A stretch of DNA of 64,000 nt from the human T2T-CHM13v2.0 reference genome, Homo sapiens: NCBI RefSeq assembly GCF_009914755.1, contig NC_060938.1. One strand, written 5' to 3'. Shown in pieces: positions 26,525 through 39,194 of the stretch. Below the pieces are notes generated by a model. It made no database searches. It saw nothing but the letters and a program-made list of their open reading frames with translations, and was not told the origin of the DNA. How positions within the stretch are numbered: the first letter of the stretch is position 1; every line of letters begins with the position of its first letter. A program made the translations under genes and the position numbers.

Positions 26525-28520
26525 TTATTCCTTTTGTGGATATTGTGAATGGGATTGCATTCTTGATTTGGCTCTCAGCTTGGATGTTGTTGGTCTACAG
26601 AAATGCTCCTGATTTTTGTACGTTGTTTCTAGTTTGTATCCTGAAACTTTACTAAAGTTGTTTATCAATTCTCCCAGCCTTTGGATACAGACTACAGGGT
26701 TTTCTAAGTATAGAATCATATAATCTGCAAAGACAGATAGTTTCACCTTCTCTCTCTTCCTATTTGGATGTATTTCTTTTTCTTGCCTGACTGCTCTGGG
26801 TAGGACTTCCAATAGTATGTTGAATAGGAATGAAGACAGTGGGCATCCTTGTCTCATTCTGGTTCCCAAGGGGAATGCTTCCAGCTTTTGCCTGTTCAGT
26901 ATGATGTTGACTGTAGGTTTGTCATAGATGGCTCTTACTATCTTGAGGTATGATCTTTCGATGCCCAGTTTGTTGAGGGTTTTTAACATGAAGGGATGTT
27001 GAATTTTATTGAAAGCCTTTCTGCATCTATCGAGATGATTGTGTGGCTTTTCTTTTTAGTTCTGTTTACATGAGAAATCACATTTATTGATTTGCATATG
27101 TTGAACCAACCTTGCATCCCAGGAATAAAGCCTACTTCATCATAGTGGATTAGCTTTTTGATCTGCTCCTGGGTTTAATTTGCTAGTATTTTGTTGAGGA
27201 TTTTTGTGTCTATGTTCAACAGGGATATTGGCCTGAGGTTTTCTTTATTCACTGTGTCTCTGACAGGTTTTTGTGTCAGATTAATGTTGGCCTCATAGAG
27301 TGAGTGAGGGAGGAGTTCCTTCTCAGTTTCTTGGAATAATTTCAGCAGGATTATTACCAACTCTTCTTTGTATGTCTGGTAGAATTTGGCTGTGAATCCA
27401 TCTGGCCTGGGGCCTTTTCTGGTTGGTAGGTTTTTTATTGTTGATTCAGTTTTGAAACTTGTTATTGGTCTGTTCAGGATTTCAATTTCTTCCTGGTTCA
27501 GTCTTGGGAGGTTGTATGTTTCCAGAAATTTATCCATTTCTTCTAGGTTTTCTAGTTTGTGTACACAGAGGTGTTTGTAGTAGTCTCTGAGGGGTTTCTG
27601 TATTTCTGTGGGATTGGTAGTAATGTTGCTTTTGTCATTTCTGATATGTTTATTTGGATCTTCTCTCTTTTGTTCTTTATTAATCTGGCTAGCAATCTAT
27701 CAACCTTGTTTAATATTTCAAAGAACAAACATGTAGTTTCACTGTTCTTTTATATGGATTTTCACATATCAGTTTCATTCAGTTCTGCTCTGACTTTGGT
27801 TATTTGTTTTCTTCTCCAAGCTTTGGGGTTGGTTTGCTCATGTTGTTCTAGTTCCTTCAGGTGTGATGTTAGCTTGTTAATTTTGAGATTTTTCCAACTT
27901 ATTGATGTAGGCATTTAGTGCTATAAACTTTCCTCTTAACATTGCTTTAGCTGTATCCCAGAGATTCTGGTAAGTTTGTACCTTTGTTTTCATTAGTTTT
28001 TTTAATTTTTGCCTTGATCTCATTCTTTACCCCAAAGTCATTCAGGAGCAGGTTGTTTAATTTCGATGTAATTGTATGGCTCTGAGTGATCTTGGTATTT
28101 CTATTTTTATTCTGCTGTGGTCCAAGAGTATGGTTGGTATAATTTGGGTTTTTTTTTTTTTAACTTGTTGAAAATTGCTTTACGGCCAAGGGTGTGGTCC
28201 ATCTTAGAGTATGTGCTGTGTGTTGATGAGAAGAATGTATATTCTGTTGCTGTTGGGTGGAGTATTCTGTAGATGTCTATTACGTCCATTTGGTCAAGTG
28301 TCGTGTTTAGGTCCCAAATATCTTTGTTATTTTTCTACCTCAGTGATCTGTCTAACACTGTTGTCACTGGAGAGTTGAAGACTCCCACCATTATTGTGTA
28401 GTTATCTAATTCTCTGCATAGATCTCTAAGAACCTGTCTTATGAATCTAGATGCTCCAATGTTGGGTGCATACACATTTAAGAGAGTTAAGTCTTCTTGT
28501 TGGGTTGGGCCCTTTGTCAT
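26525..28520 (-). pseudogene. Frameshifted L1 ORF2 remnants (endonuclease and reverse transcriptase)
   Basis: ORFs QQEDLTLLNVYAPNIGASRFI (EN), [17 protein letters not shown]...[10 protein letters not shown] and [11 protein letters not shown]...[14 protein letters not shown] (RT; FADD mutated to FADY). Confidence 0.9.
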
Positions 28521-29284
28521 TATGTAATGTCCTTCCTTGTCCCCTTTTTTTTTTAAATCATCATTGGTTTAAAGACTGTTTTGTCAGAAATAAGAACAGA
28601 AACCCCTGCTCTTTCTCGTTTCCCTTTTGCTTGACAGATCTTTCTCCATCCTTTTACTTTGAGCCTATGGGTGTCACTGCATGTGTTTTTGTGGTGGTAG
28701 ATATCAGTCTTTCATTTCCATGTTTAGCACTCCCTTAAGGACCTCTTACAAGGCAGTTGTGTAGTAATAAATTCCCTTAGCATTTCTATTTCACTTATGA
28801 AGCTTAGTCTGGTTGGAAAAAATTCTTGGTTGGAATTTCTTTTCCTTAAGGATGCTGAATATAGGCCCCCCATCTCTTCCGGCTTACAAAGTTTCTCCTG
28901 AAAAGTCCACTGTTAGCCTGATGAAGTCCCCTTTGCACATGGCCTGCCCCTTCTCTCTAGCTGCCTTTGAGGGTTTTTCTTTCACATTTACTTTGGAAAA
29001 TCTGATGACTGTGTGTCTTGGGGATGGTTGTCTTATATAATATTTCACAGGGGTTCTCTGAATTTACACGTCAACCTCTCTAGCAAGGTTGGGGAAATTT
29101 TGGTGGACAATATCCTCAACTATGTTTCTCAAGTTGCTTGCTCTCTCTCCATCTCTTTCAGGAAGACCAATGAGTTGCAAGCTTGGTATCTTTACACGAT
29201 CCAGTATTTCTCAGAGATTTTGTTCATTTTGTTATTAAATAGTTTTCAAATGCCAATTTACTGAGTTTTCTTTCTTGTATGTCA

Positions 29285-29440
29285 TTTTAAACCAATTACC
29301 TCCTCTAAGCTTAAGTTTCCTCATATGTCAAACATACCCACCTCTGCAGTGTTATTTAAGAATCAATGAAATAATGTTCTTAAAACGCTGAACCCAATAC
29401 CTGGATGTAGTAAAGATTCAATAGATGATAACTATGATAT
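29285..29440 (+). mobile_element. MIR
   Basis: ctctaagcttaagtttcctcatatgtcaaa...tcaatgaaataatg...tcaatagatgataactat. Confidence 0.65.
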
Positions 29441-30110
29441 CTACTTATCCATTGTCAATTTAGTGTTCTTTCAGATTTGTAAGTACTCCTATTAAGTTTT
29501 ATGTATTCTAATAAACATAAACTTGATGAAATGATTGAAAATATTTTCTCTCATTCTACCATGTTCTTCATTATCTTAATTTTGCTTGTTCTTACTGTAT
29601 GGATGGCTTTATAAAATAAATATTTGTGAAAGAGGGTCTGTGGACCTTTGCTAATACTGTAGCTTTATTTTCTGAATTCTGTGATAATGATTTTGGTGGT
29701 TAAAATGTGTAGAGGGTGGAGAGTTCACTCTTTGATTCACAATCATTTCCTAAAATTGCCCAAAAAGTGATCTTCAGAAAAGTAAGATGTTACATAGTGT
29801 TTACCCTGCAAATGTTTGTATTCATGTGACTCTAGAAATCTGATTTACAGGAAAATACTCCCCTTGCTTCCCTTTGGCCAAGCAACACCTGAAGAAAAAT
29901 GTGGTGACAGCTCCCATGCTGGAGCCCTTCACTTTTATTCAAGAGGTCGCTGGGGTTTTTTCCCAAATAGTTTTAGGTACTGCAGCCACAAAAAGGGTTG
30001 ACAACTAGTTTAAAAAGCTACTACAATGCATTTTACTTTTTAATATCTTATTTGCCAACTAAGAAATCTAGATCTCCAATTTCAAGGTGTCATTAAAGTT
30101 AATATTCTCA

Positions 30111-30382
30111 TTGGATGAATCTTGAGAGCATTATGCTAAGTGAAACAAGTCAGGCAAAGAAAGACAAATATGGCATGACTTCACTTATATGTAGAATCTT
30201 AAAAAGCTGAACTCATAGAAGCAGAGAGTAGAATGGTGGTTGTCAGGGGCTGGGGGAGCGAGGAAATGGAGAGATGCTGGTCAAAGGGTAAAAACTTTCA
30301 GTTACAAGATAAATAAGTTCTGGAAATCTAATGTAAAGCATAGTGACTCCAGTTAATAATACTATAGCGTACACGTGAAATT
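30111..30382 (+). mobile_element. L1MA-type 3' fragment
   Basis: tggatgaatcttgagagcattatgctaagtgaaa...gaactcatagaagcagagagtagaatggtggttg. Confidence 0.85.
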
Positions 30383-30384
30383 AA

Positions 30385-30552
30385 CTTGTTCTAGAGAGCT
30401 GTCCTGTGCATTGTAGAATCTTTACCAACATCCCTAGCCTCTACCGACTAGGTGCCAATAGCACCCGAGTCATGTCTATTAAAAATGTCTCCAGACATTG
30501 ACAAATTTCCCCTGGGAAGAAAAACTGCTTCCCCAACCCCAGCTGAGAACCT
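30385..30552 (-). mobile_element. MER20 (hAT-Charlie)
   Basis: gctgtcctgtgcattgtag...aaaaatgtctccagacattg.caaat.tcccctggg...ctgagaacc. Confidence 0.85.
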
Positions 30553-31494
30553 TAGCTCACCATCTTGTATCTGACCTCTGGGTTACCTGGTCTATGGCCT
30601 TTGTTTACCAGCCCCAATATGGTTTAGGCAACAACTGTTCTGCTGCTTCTCCCAGCCCTTTCCTGCAGGCTGAGGTACACAGGAAAATGCTCTGATTCAG
30701 GGAAAGTTGCTATAAAATAGTTTTAAAAATAGTTACAATGTGTTTTCTGTTTTGTCAAAGTTTTATCAGCCTGAGGGGAAGCTGCCTGTGGTGTAGCCAG
30801 CAGCATGAGAGGAAGGCGGCTGTGTCCTGGCTTTCTGGACTTCCAGCTGGCCACAGCAGGGCCTTCTCCCAGAAGCACCCCTGCTGGAAGGCCAGCCTAG
30901 TGCCACATCAAACCACGGAGTCCACACAAAGCACGGTGGCCAAGGAATAGTGTTACTGTGTGCTCTTAGAGTTACACAGAATTTTACAGTCTACCTTCCT
31001 CAGTGCCCCATCTTACTCTCCATTTTAGAGAAAATAAAACATAGACCTCGGGTATGCCATAGAAACTAAATGGCATTACCCAAGGTCTCAAAGTTACTTA
31101 GTGACTGAACTCAGACCAGGAGCCTATAACCTCGTTACAGGCCACTCACTCCAGGAATGGTGTGAGGAGGGACCTAACAGTTTGTGGTACCCATTCCCAG
31201 TACCCTAGTTCAGACATTTCATTCATTAGCATTGGCTTTCCTATTTGCACTTGTGTGTTTTGCACTATTAAATATATCATAGAATACTTACATTTCCCCA
31301 ACACCTGGATCAAAAAGAGCAGTCCATGGGAAAGCAAGAAACCACAATATCAGGAGTTTAGAAAAGCACCAACAAGAAAAAAGAGAGAGAGAGAAGAAAC
31401 AGTTGTTGAGCACAAACTATACTAAGCACAAACTAAACACTTCAGACTAATGATCTCAGTACTTTTCAGCATGATCCTATGAAGTGCATTTGTA

Positions 31495-31685
31495 GACCAG
31501 CTGTACCACTAAACTAGATAACCTTTGGAAAGTGAAACTCTCTGTGCCTATTTCCTCATCAATAAAATGGGTTAAGTGATAGACTATATCTCATTATGTA
31601 GTTGTGGAGCTTAAATGACACTGTATATAAAACACTCAGCAGAATACTTGGCACATTGTAAGCACTCCATACCTGTTAATGAGTA
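31495..31685 (+). mobile_element. MIR
   Basis: ctctctgtgcctatttcctcatcaataaaatggg...ttaaatgaca...tggcacattgtaagcactc. Confidence 0.7.
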
Positions 31686-31987
31686 TTGTCCTGGATTCCA
31701 GTGAGCTATGTCTATGTCACCTCCATATTCAGACTGCCATATTTCCAGTCCCAGTCTGGTTATGTGACTGTCATTTACAGAAGCTCATTGGAAGCCCCAG
31801 AATTCCTCCCCCTGACTTTGCATTGACTAATGGCTCCTGTGAACAAGCTATGAGAAAGACAAAGATCGCAAAGATAATCTCACTGCTTCACAAAGGCCCA
31901 CTTTTGCTAAACAAATGTTTTTAGCCAGAAATTCAAACTTTAAATATGAAGAAAATATAGTGTTTCTACCCAGGCAGCACACAGGTT

Positions 31988-32645
<658 letters not shown>

Positions 32646-34653
32646 TGTATGTGGTTCTTACTGCAGTTTTTTTCTTTGCATCGCTTGGGTTCATTTTCTC
32701 ACTGGGTTTGCCCTCCTGTTGGCTGCCATAACAACGTGGGCAGATCATTTTATTTTGCCCACCCAGTCACTCCTCAGCTCACACTCTGCTCATACCCAAT
32801 CCTAGCAACTAGTCATGGAAACATTATTTAGAAAACAATAGAGTCCATAACTCTGCATCAGCTCCAAGAACTATTCAGCTGTAACTGATAATAAATCAGG
32901 AAGCCCTGTCCCAGGAGAAATCCTCAGTCATTGCCTATCCCTCACAAATAATTAGCTCGGCCTCCTCAAGCCAGTTTCTATCTTGCTTGCAAGAAAAGGC
33001 TCAGGTCAGCCAACCCAAGTCACTTATAATAGCCCTGTCTGACACCAGATGATATTCTTATCTACCCTTTGTAGTCAAACTCTCCTATTTTCACTCTGGA
33101 TATATCTGCATTCAGGGCAAGCCTTTTGATTTCAAATATTTCTGTAAAATATACTCCCAGAAGCTGCAGCCTATGTACAGTTTGTTTCTACTCATCTTTG
33201 GTATCTAATTTAAGTTCTCCCGTACAAGAGGACAAGCAGAATGTTTCTGTGTTTAATGAGCTATGTAAGACCAAAATAAGTTGCCACCCTATCTAGCTCC
33301 CAGGAAATGAGTTCAGGTGAGGCTTGTTTACTTTTATTCACCTTATATTGGAATGTGGCTTAGCAAGCGCCAATCTTACATCTTGAATGATAATTCAGAA
33401 TCATTTCTCCTGACACTGACATTCCCTCGTGTATCTTTGAAATCATCTTCTGAAGACCTTCAAACATTTGTCCTCAGTTTTTATTCTCAAAGGAAAGCTA
33501 AAGAATTAAAATATGATCACAACTACTCCATGATCTAATCATTCTCTCAATATTGAAGTATTGGGTTAACTATACATCATTAGAATGGAGAGAGGAAGAG
33601 AGAGCCTGAGACCGTGTGTAAATCCTGAACAGAAGCCAGGGATTTACAATGTTCAGTCCCTAGAGTGCTGTGCTCATTTCTGGGCTGGACAAAGCCCACC
33701 TTAAGAGGATTGTGGAGAATGCTGGCTAGAGTACAGAGGGAAGACTGGACAGAGATCTGAAAGAAGAAATCGGTGGGGATGAGCTGGTATTATGGGGCCC
33801 AGAGGGAAGGTTGCAGACTTCTATTTACATACCAGCAGCACAGGAAAAATGGGCAGCCCCAAAACCAGATGTCAGTGGTCCAACTGTTTTCCAGTTTTTG
33901 TCTCAGGGAATAGCCCACTACAGAGGTCCTTACAAAAGTGTCCCCATCATAAAACACCTGGCCACAGGGGAACATGCACTGCTGACTTCAACTTCAATTG
34001 GGGTATGATTTTTCTCCCAAAGGTAGATGGCTACGAAAATCTCATAGTGGGGGAAAGGGAAGTAACATGATTTCAGAATGAAAATCTTAACTCAAAAGAT
34101 ACATATACTCATAGATAAATTTTCCAAGGCACTGAAAGTCTATAGTTTGGCAAATAAGGAATGTGGCCTGTAAATGCAAGGTAGAAATAATTCTATGCCT
34201 AATGGAATCTCTCTCTCTGCCTGCCACACTTCTGCCAAATATTATTATTATTATTCAACCTCCCAGGCTTCCACTATATCCTTGGATGATCCCACTGCTC
34301 AATACTGAAGCAGCTGAATAATGATGGACTTTAGGACACTTAACCCCTCTAAGTCTCCAGATGAGCTGCTTACTTCCCATCATTTATACTTAAAAGGCAA
34401 CTACACAGCAATACACCGTTCATTAATTAACATTTTAAAGTGCCTTCTACAACAATGTTTTGGGAGGGATTTAAGGATGAATAAGATGTACTCTCTTAGG
34501 GAGCCTGTGATCTGGCAGATGAGCAATAAAAATATACATGAGTATAATACAGGGAAAAACATGCTGTTGCACAAAAGTGGGGGGAATCAAAATGTGATGG
34601 GTGTTTGGAGGAGTTTCATGCCCCTGTAATTAAGGTATGCATTAAAAAACACC

Positions 34654-35165
34654 TCTATTAGTCAAAATAGAATAGTTAATGCTGAGGTGACCCCAAAATC
34701 TCAGTGACTTAAATATTTTATAGTTATGTAAGTAACACCCATGGGGGAAGTACTGAAGAAGGCTATATGGGATTTTTCTCTATTATTTTTGCAACTTCCT
34801 GTAAATCTATACTTACTGCACATTAAAAATATAAATAGATGGCAAACAGCTAGACATAGGTGGAGGGCAGGGCACCAAACAACATTTCATTTCCTGCTCA
34901 TGCTCCCTGTCCAGGCAGGTTGGCTTGGGGACTCTGCTCTCCACAGTCCTCACACAGGGAGCAGGCAGAGGGAGGCCCCACTCCTGTGCTTCCACAAAGC
35001 AAGAGGAAGGAAATGTGGTGAAGCACATACTCACTCTTAAAACTTTTACCCTGAAGAGGCACACAACATTTCCACTCCTGTTTCATTAGCCAAACCAAAT
35101 CATATGGCCATACCTAACTTCCAGGGGACAGGAATGTACCCAGAGAGAAACCAAAAATATTTCTC
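34654..35165 (-). mobile_element. MLT1K/L-like LTR interrupted by a short plus-strand L1M 3' end (about 34712-34838)
   Basis: ccccaaaatctcagtgacttaaa | insert | aacaacatttcatttcctgctcatgct...ttcattagccaaa.caaatcatatggccatacctaacttc. Confidence 0.65.
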
Positions 35166-35909
35166 AAATAGCATTCATGAATATTGTACCCAAGGACACA
35201 AACTGTATGCTGAGTCATTGGGGTTTGAGAGTTTTTTATTTTAAAAAAATAGCATGTATTTTTGGGTTTAGTCTTGTGTGACTTTCTTGTAACGACAAGG
35301 TATACTCTGAAATGCATTTAATCTAGAACACAGTCACCCAAACTGGTTAGTTGTGGAATAACTACGTGGCCTTCTCCCCATTGTTTAGCCCTCTGCCCAC
35401 CAGCAGCACCCTGCTGTTACAATTCCTTCCTGGAGGCATTACACAGAATATGAATCATTGTGGATAATGCTGGTTGGAAAGCAATCCTAACTACATCGGA
35501 TATGAATCTGAATTTTAAAGTGGCCAAAGATCTTCAGTGCCAACATTAAAGATGTTTTGTGCTGACTCTTCAAGTGCTTTCTGTAAGATTATCGAACAGC
35601 AAGCCACAGTTAAACCAGTGCTCTCACTCACAAAGTCTGCAACACTAGCATCCTTTCATAACGTCAAGGAAGCTTAGGGAAGTCTCTATCTGGGTAGCAA
35701 TAGGGAAAGTGATGAATAAGGACTGAGGAGCCCAAAAGTAAGGTGACTATAAGTCAGGGCAGCATCATGAGAAAGAACCAGATGCCTACTAGAGAGGTGC
35801 CTCCTACAGGTTGTGTGACTCCGAGCAAACAGTTTACCTTTTCCAAGCCTTCTTTCCTTCATCTTTAAAATCAGGAGATTACCTCAGGTCATCCCTTAGG
35901 CCTTTTCAA

Positions 35910-36150
35910 ATTAAGAGCCAGATCATTTGCGCTTGAATAACAGCTCTGTCCCTAATTAGCAATGTGACCTTCAGTAAGTACTTAACATCTCTGTGCCTTA
36001 ATTTTCTGATCTGCAAAATGAGGATGGTAATGGATTTAGTTCATAGGGTGGTTTTAAGGAGTAAATGAGTTAACATATGTAAAGCCTTGATAACAGTGCC
36101 TAGCATGTGACAAAGGCTAAATAATTATTATCTATATTATCATTTTTGTT
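35910..36150 (+). mobile_element. MIR
   Basis: tgtgaccttcagtaagtacttaacatctctgtgccttaattttctgatctgcaaaatgaggat...taaatgagttaacatatgtaaagcc. Confidence 0.8.
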
Positions 36151-36413
36151 ATTACTATTATTAATCTAAGAGGAAGACAGAGAAGCAATGCTCCAAATTC
36201 TCAGCTCTGTGTCCTGGACCAGTTCATGAAAAGATGTAAGTATGTTTTAGATCAGTTTCCCAATGAGAATGAGTTTAAAGATAAAAGTTAAAGGTATCAG
36301 TTATGAGTCAAAAGAAAAAAATTTAAATTATTACTTTGCTAGCTTCTGGACATTAGAAAAATCCAATTCTCTTCATCTACACTTGAAAGAAGGACATACC
36401 TCTTCAACCCACC

Positions 36414-37075
36414 TGTGGTGGTGAATTTTATGTGTCAACCTGACTGGGCCAGTGGGTGCCCAGATACTTGCTCAGACATTATTCTTGGTGTTTTTATGAA
36501 GATGTTTTCGGATGTGATTAACATTTAAATCAGTAGACTGGGTAAAGCAGATTGCCCTCCCTAATGTGGTGGGCCTCATTCAATCAGTTGAAGGCCTGAA
36601 CAGAACAAAGAGGCTGACCCTCCCTCAAGTAAGAAAGGATTTCTTTTGCCTAACTGCCTTTAACCTGAGACACTGGCTTTTTCATGCTTGTGGACACAAA
36701 CTGAAACATTGGCTCTCTTGGGGGCTCAAGCTGGCCAACCTTCAGACTGGAACTACATCATCAGGTCTTCAGGTTTTGCCGACTCATCCTGCAGATCTTG
36801 GGACTTGTCAGCCTCCATAACTGTGTGTGAGCTACTTCCTTATAATAAATCAATCTTTCTCTCTCTCTCCATATGTATGTGTGTGTATGTATAATATGGA
36901 TTTCAAGAAAATACTTTAAGAAAAAAGAAAGTGCCCTACATCTCTTTTTCATTCTATCTATTGCTCTCTTGGCAGTCCCAGAATATGGCAGTAGGGCAGG
37001 ACATATATATATATTCCATATATATAATCCATATATATATATACATCCTATTGGTTCTGTCTCTCTGGAGAACAC
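36414..37075 (+). mobile_element. MLT2 (MLT2B/D-like) ERVL LTR with (TA)n-rich tract
   Basis: tgtggtggtgaattttatgtgtcaacctgactgggcca ... catcctattggttctgtctctctggagaac. Confidence 0.88.
36910..37001 (+). repeat. Templated copy of 37548-37642 inside the MLT2 microsatellite
   Basis: aata.tttaagaaaaaa.aaagt.ccctacatct...gcagtcc.agaatatggc.gt.g.gcagga occurs at both places. Confidence 0.88.
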
Positions 37076-38780
37076 TCACGAACTTACCAGCTGACACTCT
37101 GCCTTGTTCCCCCCTCACTCTCTGTGGCACAGAAGACGACCCTCCTAGTCAAGGCAGCTTGAGGCAACATGTCTCTAGCATCACACTGATGATCTCTCCA
37201 CACTCTGGTAAAACTGACTTAGACTGGAGACAATGGGCTTCGGAGAGTCACAATACATGCCAAGCTCCAGAAGGGCAGAGATGGAACAAATTATAATCTG
37301 AATTTAGGGTTACAAGGATCTTAAAAGGGTCATTAAACACCTCCCCCAACTCTGAGTTTGGTTATGTAGTCCCTGAGGGGTTATACCACCAAAATTAAAT
37401 GGATATGGACCAAAAAAATGAAGGCCCAGTGTAAGGAAGTACACATTGTCTTCAGATCCTTGTACCTGTGGGAATGAGCTAGAGTATGATAAACAAATAA
37501 CCAACACTCTTTTCCATATTGAAGAACAATTTGGTTGCATGAGCTCCAATATTTTAAGAAAAAATAAAGTTCCCTACATCTTTTTTTTTTCGTTCTTTCT
37601 ATTACTCCCTTTGCAGTCCTAGAATATGGCTGTGGTGCAGGATCCATGGTCCAAGCCCAAGTGGCTCCCACCTACCCATTCACAGGGTGCAGGGGTGCCA
37701 GGGAATACTCCTCAGAAGGGGCTTCCACTTGCACCTGTCAGCAATTCTCCCTTACAGCAGGCCAGAGGCCTGATGTTCCAGAGGACAATGCATTTGTTTA
37801 TTTATTTTTCCTCATCATCTGTAAGAAAGCCAACATCTTTCTAAAGCTTGGAGGAAATGTCTTGAGGACATTCCCCAGAATACACAGTGGAGGTGCCTCA
37901 CCACTACACTGGGCATAATAGCACAGTTCTGCCAAGGCCTGCTCTCCTCATTTAGATTGGGGGCAGGGGATGCTTTTCCCATTTACATTAACCTCTTGTG
38001 CTAACATACACAGAGATGCTATGGTGTCATTACTCTTTACCAAACCTTTAATGCATCCTTATTCTGTGAAGGCTCTACAATGACCTCTGCCTTAGACAGG
38101 TTCCGGAGATTTATGATCTTGTTGTTGGTCATGGAAACTCCCTCCTCTCCTCACTGCTCCAGCATGTTGCAAACACCCCTATCATCCCTCAGTGCCCTGT
38201 ATTATAATTACTGTTTCCTCCTTGTGGAGTCCATGTGCTCTTCCAGCATGAAGATTGTGCCTTATTTATTTATGAATTCCCAGAGGCGATAAATGGTCAT
38301 TGAATCCATTTCCTTTTCTCCTCCTTTCCTTACAGTGTAGGGTGTCAAGAAAATAACTCAAATCAAGAAAGCACTCTAAAATGATTACACATCAGGAAGC
38401 ATCTTTATAACTGAGGCACACCAGCATGTCTGGAAAGTAATATGACAATGCAGCCTCAGGAGAAAAAATAGTGATAAGATACATCTGGGTTAACTGTCAA
38501 ACTGAAGCCTGAATAAATACTTTCCAAGAAGCAGAACTTACAAGCTTAGAGAAACAGCTCATAACTCAGAGATATATGTCTGAAAATGGGACATTTATAT
38601 CCAAATGAATTCCTATGGGCGATATAAGTCTAAGAGGGACAGAAATAATGAAAAACAAAAAATAAATTTTGACTGTCTCATGGTGATTGACAAATATTCA
38701 ATATAGTAATATATAAAACTCAATTATAGGAAAATATTAAATAATTGTGAAAAAGTGACATGGTTTACACACTAATTTTA

Positions 38781-39004
38781 TTTGAAAAAAATTTTTTTTC
38801 TTTCCAACTTTTATTTTATATTCAGGGGGTACATGTACAGGTTTGTTACATGGGTAAATTGTGTGTCCTGGGAGTTTGGTGTACATATAACTTTGTCCCC
38901 CAGGTAATGGGCATAGTACCCAATAGGTAGTTTTTCAATCCTCACCCTCCTCCCGCCCTCCACCCTCAAGTAGGCCCTGGTGTCTATTGTTCCCTTCTTT
39001 GTGT
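38781..39004 (-). mobile_element. Short 5'-truncated L1PA15-like 3' end
   Basis: Perfect 12-bp TSD acactaatttta at 38769-38780 and 39005-39016. Confidence 0.9.
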
Positions 39005-39194
39005 ACACTAATTTTAGAGAATATGCAGGCTCTAGTAAATGATATGGCAATTTCCATTTATTCAGTGCACAAACAATAAGAAAGGTCACACAGTCATTTT
39101 ACTCCCCAAAGCAAATGCTATCTCTGAAACATTGCAAGATTCTTCTAAACAACCAATAATTCAGAATTTTCCCTTGATTCAAAAATCATTTCCT

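Larger units (their letters stand above)
23157..29236 (-). mobile_element. 5'-truncated L1PA15-like LINE-1 (part of ORF1, ORF2, 3'UTR) with three nested insertions
   Basis: Perfect 11-bp TSD aaatagttttc at 23146-23156 and 29237-29247; T-rich tail at the left; diagnostic 3'UTR; ORF2 remnants in the ORF track. Confidence 0.93.

Noticed and set aside
26525-27537. Reverse-transcriptase-like ORFs as a possible novel RT system
   Set aside because: Ordinary frameshifted L1 ORF2 with the catalytic FADD mutated.
33380-33457. 78-nt minus-strand exon-like segment (aag|GTCTTC...AAGAT|gtaaga) with two open frames
   Set aside because: The acceptor lacks a pyrimidine tract and the peptide is unrecognised.
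33895-34002. 108-nt plus-strand exon-like segment (FLSQGIAHYRGPYKSVPIIKHLATGEHALLTSTSIG)
   Set aside because: Weak donor (gtatga), no recognisable homology and no supporting neighbouring exons.
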